From an uncultured virus (IMG/VR IMGVR_UViG_2873337989_000001) (Duplodnaviria > Heunggongvirae > Uroviricota > Caudoviricetes): 59,363 bases of DNA. Made by a program: the position numbers and the translations under genes. How positions within the stretch are numbered: position 1 is the first letter of the stretch; each line of letters starts with the position of its first letter. Location of the stretch: the IMG/VR virus record IMGVR_UViG_2873337989_000001. One strand, given 5' to 3'. Positions 52,899-59,363 of the stretch are shown piece by piece. The notes under the pieces were generated by a model. The model ran no database searches and had not been told where the DNA came from. It saw only the letters and a list, made by a program, of their open reading frames with translations.

Positions 52899-54881
52899 CT
52901 ATGGGGGACCGTGCGGCTCATGTTCGACCCACGCTGGCGGTCCGAGCGCAGCCAGCACTTCCTCAGGAATCGAGTAATCCTCAGTGTCGAATTCGGGCTC
53001 AAGCGCCTCGACGATCTTGAGGAACGCCTTGTACTCCTTCCGCTGCTTCCGGTACTTCTTCACGATTTCGGCGACCAGCTCGGGGACGCCGAGTTGGTCG
53101 GCCACCACGAGCGGGTCGACCGGGCCGCGCACCCAGCCCTGTGGGGTGCGCTCGGCCATGCCGAACTCGCCGAGGATCTTCAGCCCCTTGTCGGTCGTGG
53201 TGTCGGACAAGCTGCACAGGTAGGGCAGATCCACCGTGCGGATCGGCTCCGTCCCCAGCTGCTCGTAGACGAACGCGGCCGCAGGCCCAAGCACCCGGAA
53301 CACTGGGTGGATACCGCCCAATCGGCCCGCCTGCCAGCGCCGCCAGGCGGCCGCCTCGGCGTACGCGGCCGGAACGATCAGCCGGTAGACGTCGGCCCGC
53401 TCGCCGCGGTGCTCGGCCACCCAGTCGATGAAGGGGTCGGCCTCTTGCCGCAGCAGCTTCAGCGTCTTGGCCACCGTCGACTCGTCGAGGCAGGCCAGCA
53501 GGGCTAGGTGCCGCACCCCGAACGCGATCGTCGTGCTCCTCGAGAGCTGGGCCGCCTTCAGCATGGCTAGGAGGACCCGCCTGATGGTGCAGGCCTTCTT
53601 CCCCTTCCACCTGCCCAGCCGGACCGCCACCACCAGCGCTGAGTACCAGGCGCGGGTTTTCTGCAACTCCCCGATACCCTCGTCGTCAGTGGTCGGAGGT
53701 CTCACTTCGACAGGCACCCCTTCAACCTCTAGATGCCTAACCCCCCTGTGTGTTCTCTCCCTTGTGTGGACCTCGCGGCCAGACTCCCGTTCAGCGATCC
53801 AGAGATGCGCGTTCTTCCAGTCCGCCCGTAGCGCCTTCAGTCGCTCGGCGTTGTCCTTGTACCGGTCGTAGAAGGCGACGAAGGCGGGCCAGTCCCCGGC
53901 GCGCATCCGCGCGGCGACGTCGGCCAGGCGCCACCCGCACGCGAGCGCGCCGGCCACGACCGCCTGCCGGGCTTCGGAGGGGCTGCCGTACTGGCGGGCG
54001 TCGTACCGGCCCGTGCAGGCGATGAGCTCTAGGCGCGGAGACAGGCGGGGCAGCGGCCCGTCCGCGCGCGGGTGCCACACCTCGCCCTGCTCGTCTTTCG
54101 CCCACTCGGCGGCGCGCGGACCGGGCTCCTTCGCCGACTGGGTGCGGTTGCCTTGGGTGAGCTTCCAACCGGGCAGTTCCGCGGCCTCGAGTTCAGGCTG
54201 CAGCGCATCCACCAGGCCGGACCAGACCTCTGGCCCGTTGGGGTGGTCCACGACCCACAGGGCGGTGTCGAGATCGTCGGCGAGCTGCTGGTAGCCGCCG
54301 CGGCGGTGCCATGCGCCGGGTGGACGGATCAGGCCTTCGTGGCAGTTTTGGACCGGGCTGGGGTCGAAGGTGACGTATCGGCGGGCGAGCGCTTCGCCGA
54401 GGCGGCGCGTCTCCCCGTAGGACACCTTCTTCTGCCACAGGACGTAGACGTGGCGGCCGCCGTTCGGGGACACGTCGGAGAAGCACTCGCCGCCGAGGGA
54501 GCAGACGAGGGCGGCGAAGTCGGCGGCCTCCGCCTCGACCAGCGCGGCTGGATCCGGGGCACCGGCCGCGACCGCCTTGCCGGTGTCGAAGTCGGCGGGC
54601 AGCAGGTTCGTCATGCCGTGGTGGTAGACGAACACGGCGGCGACGTGCGCGGGTAGGCGCGTGGTCAGATCGCGCTCGTCGCGCCGCCAGTAGTTGCGGC
54701 CGTCCTTGGCTACCCGCACGCGGTCGCCAGCTCCGAGGCGGGGCGCGAACAGCGCCCACAGGCGGGCAGCGGTCAGCGTGTCCTGTCCGGAATGGCTCTC
54801 CCCGTGCCGGGGTAGGGGTATGAAGTTGTTCGTGGCGGCAATGCCGGTTTCACCCTCGTTCGACACGCCGAACGGGGGCAT
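52899..54881 (-). CDS. repA: plasmid replication protein, pLR7/pCLP RepA-like (primase-type motifs)
   Basis: DFD...SPNGGRHVY...DP.P...GLIRPPG.WH..GGYQ.L; C-terminal HTHs; start uncertain. Confidence 0.7.
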   Translation of the reverse strand: MPPFGVSNEGETGIAATNNFIPLPRHGESHSGQDTLTAARLWALFAPRLGAGDRVRVAKDGRNYWRRDERDLTTRLPAHVAAVFVYHHGMTNLLPADFDTGKAVAAGAPDPAALVEAEAADFAALVCSLGGECFSDVSPNGGRHVYVLWQKKVSYGETRRLGEALARRYVTFDPSPVQNCHEGLIRPPGAWHRRGGYQQLADDLDTALWVVDHPNGPEVWSGLVDALQPELEAAELPGWKLTQGNRTQSAKEPGPRAAEWAKDEQGEVWHPRADGPLPRLSPRLELIACTGRYDARQYGSPSEARQAVVAGALACGWRLADVAARMRAGDWPAFVAFYDRYKDNAERLKALRADWKNAHLWIAERESGREVHTRERTHRGVRHLEVEGVPVEVRPPTTDDEGIGELQKTRAWYSALVVAVRLGRWKGKKACTIRRVLLAMLKAAQLSRSTTIAFGVRHLALLACLDESTVAKTLKLLRQEADPFIDWVAEHRGERADVYRLIVPAAYAEAAAWRRWQAGRLGGIHPVFRVLGPAAAFVYEQLGTEPIRTVDLPYLCSLSDTTTDKGLKILGEFGMAERTPQGWVRGPVDPLVVADQLGVPELVAEIVKKYRKQRKEYKAFLKIVEALEPEFDTEDYSIPEEVLAALGPPAWVEHEPHGPP

Positions 54882-55113
54882 GACTGGCAGAGCCGGGGCC
54901 GCATCGATTACTGTGGCTCCTAGCTTCTGGGACCGGCTCCAGGCATGCGAAAGCCCGCCGGGAACCGGTTGCCTCTCCGAAGGTCCTCACGCACTCGCTT
55001 TGGCCGGTGAATAGCGCGAGGGCCTTCGTCGTTTCTGCAGATAGTCCGCCAGGTGTTACTCGGCGGAGAGTCTCCTCTCGACTTCCTTCATGAGCGTGAT
55101 CAGTACGCGCTCA

Positions 55114-55521
55114 TCAGGCGCTTATTAGGTCAAGGTCAAGCTGCTCCAACGGCTCCTGCTCGACATACGTCGAGGCCGCACGGTCAGCCTCCACGAGGAT
55201 CTCCAGGTACCTCCAGATCGGCACCTGGCGGGCGCGGGCACCCTTCTTGGCAGCTGCACGCACCTCCGGCTTGACCCGGCCGGACAGCATGACCTCGTCG
55301 CCCTTCGGGACGCGGGCACGCCTAGGCGCCGGACCAGCCGGTGGCCGCTTGGTCAGCGGGTCAGCCTCGACCAACTGCTCCAGGTAGAGCGAGATGGAGA
55401 CGCCCTTTGCCGCCGCGCCTGCCCAGGCGAGTTCGTGAATCTCCGGGCTGACACGGCCCCCGAGCGAGCCGTAGACGCCGCCCGAGTCCGGGCGACGGGT
55501 ACGTCCAGCGATAGCAGCCAT
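55114..55521 (-). CDS. tandem ribbon-helix-helix (CopG-like) regulator
   Basis: LGGRVSPE...AAAKGVSISLYLEQLVEAD / LSGRVKPE...ARARQVPIWRYLEILVEAD. Confidence 0.7.
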   Translation of the reverse strand: MAAIAGRTRRPDSGGVYGSLGGRVSPEIHELAWAGAAAKGVSISLYLEQLVEADPLTKRPPAGPAPRRARVPKGDEVMLSGRVKPEVRAAAKKGARARQVPIWRYLEILVEADRAASTYVEQEPLEQLDLDLISA

Positions 55522-55614
55522 GCGGAGCATCATGGCGTATCGATGTTTGCATACGCCACCACCGGCTTCCGGCGTGTCGCACTTCGTTGCCAAGTTGTTG
55601 ATCAAGTCGCGCGT

Positions 55615-56514
55615 TTAGGGGACAGCTGTCCACGTCCACGGGCGCGCGCCCCGCTGCCCGCGCAGGCATGCCAGCCGGTGTTCGACCTCTGGGTGCCGGA
55701 CGGGGTTCTCGCCTGCTACCTGGGCGGCCATGCACGCCATGCGGAACTCGCGGATGTCGCGCAGGATTTCGAACCCGTCCCACTGGGTGACGTCGTGGCC
55801 GTAGGAGCCGACGAACTGCCGGTAGTCTTCCTCGGTAATCCCGGCCAGGGTGAACGCCTTGACCGCTGTGGAGACCAGGTCCCACTCGGGCGGGCCGACC
55901 GAGCAGCGTTCCAGGTCGAGCAGGACCACGCGGCCGTCGTCGGTGGCCACCACGTTCCCGATCCACGCGTCGCCGTGCACGACGCTTTCCGGGAGACCTC
56001 CGGGCAGACTTGCCCAGCGCGCGCGCAGGCCCGCCAGGTGCTTCCGCATCCACGCGCGGTCCGGCTCCGTCAAGGTGGCCGCCCTGTCGATCCGCTCAGC
56101 CAACCGTACGAATGGGTCCAGGCGGCCGACGTCGAACGTGGTCGGCGGGGGGAGGTCGTGCAGGAGGCGGAGCGCGGCGGCGACTTCCAGCGCGGTGCCA
56201 TGTCGGTGCGGGGGCAGCTCTCGCCACCATGTCACCGCGCGGCCGTCGATTTCGGCGGGCTGCTCAACGCCGGGGAGGGCCTGGACCGCGGGCACCTTGT
56301 GGGATTCGAGCCAGCGAGCGACGCGCACCTCGCGGGCCGCGGCCGCCACCTGCCCGGCCCTGGAGACACGGGCGATGATCCCTCCGGGGAGCCGGTAGAG
56401 GGCGTTCTCGCCGAATCTGATCAGCTCGGCGCCGCGCAAGTCGATGCCTGCCTGCTGACATGCGGCCCGCAGGATGGACTTGGTCGCGGTCTCTGCTTCG
56501 CGCGCGAGGGTCAT
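55615..56514 (-). CDS. aminoglycoside-phosphotransferase-family kinase
   Basis: GENA.Y, VVHGDAWIGNV, LLDLE, GPPEWDL. Confidence 0.9.
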   Translation of the reverse strand: MTLAREAETATKSILRAACQQAGIDLRGAELIRFGENALYRLPGGIIARVSRAGQVAAAAREVRVARWLESHKVPAVQALPGVEQPAEIDGRAVTWWRELPPHRHGTALEVAAALRLLHDLPPPTTFDVGRLDPFVRLAERIDRAATLTEPDRAWMRKHLAGLRARWASLPGGLPESVVHGDAWIGNVVATDDGRVVLLDLERCSVGPPEWDLVSTAVKAFTLAGITEEDYRQFVGSYGHDVTQWDGFEILRDIREFRMACMAAQVAGENPVRHPEVEHRLACLRGQRGARPWTWTAVP

Positions 56515-57836
56515 GCCTGGATCGCCGTTCGGATCTGGTGACGGAGCTCGGCCACGGGGGTGCGCCCGTCGTGGGGTTGAGCAAGACGATGCAACTCTCG
56601 CATGTCGTCTTGGGCGCGGCAGGAGCGGACCTTGCCCGCATCACCGATGGCGCGCATACCGATGACCGCCGCCTCGTCCGGATCGCCCGTGGCCATGGTG
56701 AGGGAGGCGAGCTTAATGCCGCTGATCGCGCGGGACCGCACGTAGGGGGCGACGTGCCCCTCGACCGCCGTGCCGAGCCGCTGCGAGGCGGCGGCCGCGA
56801 ACCGGTCGCTCTGCTTCAGCGCCAGATCGAACATGGCGTGCCCGGTGTCGCCGGCGTGCTGGGCGGCATCGTAGTAACGCATCCACGGCCTTTCGTCGGC
56901 CGGGCGGATGCGCGTGAACTGCTCGTCGGCCTTGCCCACGGACTCGAGTGTGCCCTCGACCATGCCGAGCTTGGCCATCGCGCGGGCGCGGGCGGTGTAC
57001 AGCATGGCGCGTTCGGCGGGGGTGAGCCGGTCGGCGCGCACCAGGGCGAGTTCGACCAGCGTCAGCCCGTCGTCGGCGTCGCCGCACCAGATTGCTTGGC
57101 GGGCCATGAGGGAGAGCACCTTGGCTCTCAGGTGCCAGTCGCCGGCTTCTTCGGCGCACGACAGGGCGAGCCGGAACATTCGGCGGGCGTCGTCGTGGGC
57201 GTAGGCGTCGAAGGCCATGGCGGCGGCTGAGTGGCCGAGCCAGCCCACCGCGACGTACAGCTCGTCGTGCAGGGCCCGCGGGCAGGTGGAGTGCTGCAGG
57301 AGGCTCACCGAGTAGCGCAGTTGGGCGTTGACCGCGTCGCGGACGAGGCCGCCGCCGTAGGTGTGGTCCCACGCCGAGAACACTCCGGCGATCGTGCGCA
57401 GCTCCAGGATGTCGGCTGCCTGTACGGCCTTGGGCACTTCGGCGGGCTGCGCGAACTGGGCCAGGTCCGCGAGCGTGATGGAGACGGCCGCCCCCAGAGC
57501 GGTGCGGAAGAATCCCTTGCGGTTCACGTCCCCCACCCCCTCCACCGCAAGCGCAGTACTCGATCTTCGTGCACGCCGGAACCCTAGGTCCGCGTCTGTT
57601 TCCGCGCCCAAGATCGCCCGAAGCGCCTCCCGGTAGTCCGCCTGGGGCCAGCGCACCAGACCACGCTCCAGCTTGCCGAGGTAGTTGGCCGTCAGGCAGG
57701 TCACCCGCTGGTGATGCGTGTAGATCCAGGCGTTGACCAGATCAGCGAGATCTTGCCGACTGGCGCTCTCGCCGGGCGTGGTGGGGGAGGTAAGGCGTTC
57801 TCGTGCGCGCCGTAGCGCATCGTTGCGATCAGGCAC
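56511..57836 (-). CDS. XRE-HTH/TPR actinobacterial transcription regulator
   Basis: YLGKLERG.VRWP...YR.ALR; NRKGFF; D..YGGG; TPR-like helices; GGAGAGG RBS. Confidence 0.85.
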   Translation of the reverse strand: MPDRNDALRRARERLTSPTTPGESASRQDLADLVNAWIYTHHQRVTCLTANYLGKLERGLVRWPQADYREALRAILGAETDADLGFRRARRSSTALAVEGVGDVNRKGFFRTALGAAVSITLADLAQFAQPAEVPKAVQAADILELRTIAGVFSAWDHTYGGGLVRDAVNAQLRYSVSLLQHSTCPRALHDELYVAVGWLGHSAAAMAFDAYAHDDARRMFRLALSCAEEAGDWHLRAKVLSLMARQAIWCGDADDGLTLVELALVRADRLTPAERAMLYTARARAMAKLGMVEGTLESVGKADEQFTRIRPADERPWMRYYDAAQHAGDTGHAMFDLALKQSDRFAAAASQRLGTAVEGHVAPYVRSRAISGIKLASLTMATGDPDEAAVIGMRAIGDAGKVRSCRAQDDMRELHRLAQPHDGRTPVAELRHQIRTAIQA

Positions 57837-58058
57837 GGGGGCACTCCTCTCCGAGGGTGGCACGCACCGGAATCGTCGCATAGGGCAGACGGGAAGGCCC
57901 GCCAATCTGCCCCCGATCTGCCCCTTGACTACCCCGCCATGTGGCGTTCCTCACAGCCGCCTGGCGGCTCAAGGTGAAGGGCACGGCCGCAGCGAGCACA
58001 AGCCCAGCGGCTCGGCCAGTCCCGTTCGACCCGCGGCTACCGGGAGGAGACCAGCACC

Positions 58059-58439
58059 ATGGAGCCGGACGAAGATCGCGCGGCGCGAGCGCAAGCGATG
58101 CTCGTGCAGCAGCAGAGCGGCGGCTGGTGGCTGGTGCTGTGGGCCCCTTACCGGCGACGCTTCGATGGCTACTATCTGGGCTCCTCAGAGCGCGGCGTGT
58201 TCGTCGAGGGGCGCACCGCGCAGGAGATGGGCACCCTCCTGATGCAAGCCCAGCTCGATCTCTGGCGGGCCTCGTTGATCCCCACTCAAGCGCGGCTGCC
58301 CACACCCCAGCGGCCCGCCGGCGAGGTTCGCCAGACCCCGATCTCCGACCCTGGGAGCTCCTCCCGTCTGCGCGAACACCAGGGGACGCCAGAGCGGCGC
58401 TCCCAGGGGCGGGGGCACCATCGAAGGCAGCCCTCATGA
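58059..58439 (+). CDS. hypothetical protein
   Basis: GGAGGAG RBS; GWWLVLWAPY..RF. Confidence 0.6.
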   Translation: MEPDEDRAARAQAMLVQQQSGGWWLVLWAPYRRRFDGYYLGSSERGVFVEGRTAQEMGTLLMQAQLDLWRASLIPTQARLPTPQRPAGEVRQTPISDPGSSSRLREHQGTPERRSQGRGHHRRQPS

Positions 58440-58582
58440 ACTCGATCATGCAGTGGGCCCTGGGGCGTCCCTGGCCATACCGCTCCGAGCCTTTCCCCCG
58501 CGTTGCTCTTGACGCGGCCCCGCCGCAAGAGGCGGCGGCTGGCGAGACAGAGCAGCCACCCGCATCTGAAGATCAGCGGTGA
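58436..58582 (+). CDS. small hypothetical peptide
   Basis: ATGA coupling; MNSIMQWALGRPWPY... Confidence 0.35.
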   Translation: MNSIMQWALGRPWPYRSEPFPRVALDAAPPQEAAAGETEQPPASEDQR

Positions 58583-58710
58583 TCGAGGCAGGCGGCGGAG
58601 AGCTGCTGAGCCCGCGCGCTGTCTCGGCACCACGTCATCCCACCTTCCCTGAGCTGCACACCCTCCGATCGTGTCGTCGCCCCGACGACCTGCAGAAGGG
58701 AGAAGCACCA

Positions 58711-59363
58711 GTGACAACGATCTCCGGCGAGACGATCGCCGAGCTATTCACCGACGCCGTCGCCAGAGTCCAACAGGGCGAGCCGGTCAGCCCGCGCGCC
58801 ATGCCCACTCGCGAGGTGCTGGACGTTCGGCTCCTGATCGAGCAGCCTCGCGCCCGGTTGCTGCCCGCTCAGCCTGCCCGCGTGCTCAACCCCGCGTTCG
58901 CGGTCGCCGAATGTGTGTGGATCCTGTCAGGAACCAACGCCCCGTGGATCTACGACTACAACGCCCAACTCCGCCAGTACGCCGAAGACGACGGCATCCT
59001 GCGCGGAGCGTACGGGCCCCGCATGCGCCTCTGGGACGGCCACGTCGATCAGCTCGCCCAGGTCCGGGCCACGCTGCTGGACGACCCCGAGACCCGCCGC
59101 GCCGTCATCCAGCTGTACGACCCTGCTCGGGACGCCGGAGGCCATCGGGACGTGCCGTGCACTCTCGGCTATCGCTTCCATCTACGGCAGGGCCGCCTGC
59201 ACATGGTGACCACGATGCGCAGCAACGACCTGTGGACGGGCTTCCCCTACGACGCCTTCTCCGCCACCGTCCTACAGGAGCTGATGGCGGGCTGGGTAGG
59301 CGCCGACCTCGGCGAGTACCACCACCACGTGGACTCGCTCCACCTGTACGAGCAGGATCTGAA
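58711..59363 (+). CDS. thymidylate-synthase-fold protein, probable (d)CMP hydroxymethylase; runs off the right edge
   Basis: GAYGPR, DQL, TRRAV, DVPCT, MRSNDLWTGFPYD, SLHLYE; AAGGGAG RBS. Confidence 0.88.
   Translation, partial: MTTISGETIAELFTDAVARVQQGEPVSPRAMPTREVLDVRLLIEQPRARLLPAQPARVLNPAFAVAECVWILSGTNAPWIYDYNAQLRQYAEDDGILRGAYGPRMRLWDGHVDQLAQVRATLLDDPETRRAVIQLYDPARDAGGHRDVPCTLGYRFHLRQGRLHMVTTMRSNDLWTGFPYDAFSATVLQELMAGWVGADLGEYHHHVDSLHLYEQDL

Noticed and set aside
55615..56514. Antibiotic resistance gene
   Set aside because: APH-fold kinases coupled to XRE-TPR regulators are common in actinobacteria; no evidence for an aminoglycoside substrate

Overview
High-GC actinobacterial DNA (Streptosporangiales/Streptomyces-like) that reads as one large mobile element, most likely a phage-plasmid; no integrase, tRNA, rRNA or CRISPR array was seen. 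It combines five modules. (i) A phage-type early module: Rad52/Sak-like annealing protein, WhiB, an HTH replication initiator with internal iterons, RusA and HNH. (ii) A Streptomyces-type conjugation module: GntR/KorA repressor, TraA-like gene, TraB FtsK translocase with clt-like 8-mer repeats, and a DUF2637/Spd-like gene. (iii) ParA with a partner gene, and a second pLR7/pCLP-like Rep with a tandem RHH gene. (iv) An HK97-type head/neck module: terminase, portal-MuF fusion, protease fused to an Acb1-like 2H phosphoesterase, capsid, and adaptor/stopper/gp10/terminator-like genes. No tail tube, tape measure or lysis genes are recognisable; their usual space is taken by a 4417-aa DarB-like polyvalent protein that hides a nested TnpV-like gene. 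(v) An XRE-TPR regulator, a kinase and a cytosine-type thymidylate-synthase homologue at the right edge. Direct reading also shows two element-wide promoter motifs (GACGTWA-N14-hexamer about 12 times; TAAAYAWCCCM-TACAMT 4 times), a dispersed TTCCCATATGGGAA palindrome and other non-coding structure. Family calls come from motif recognition by eye, not database searches.
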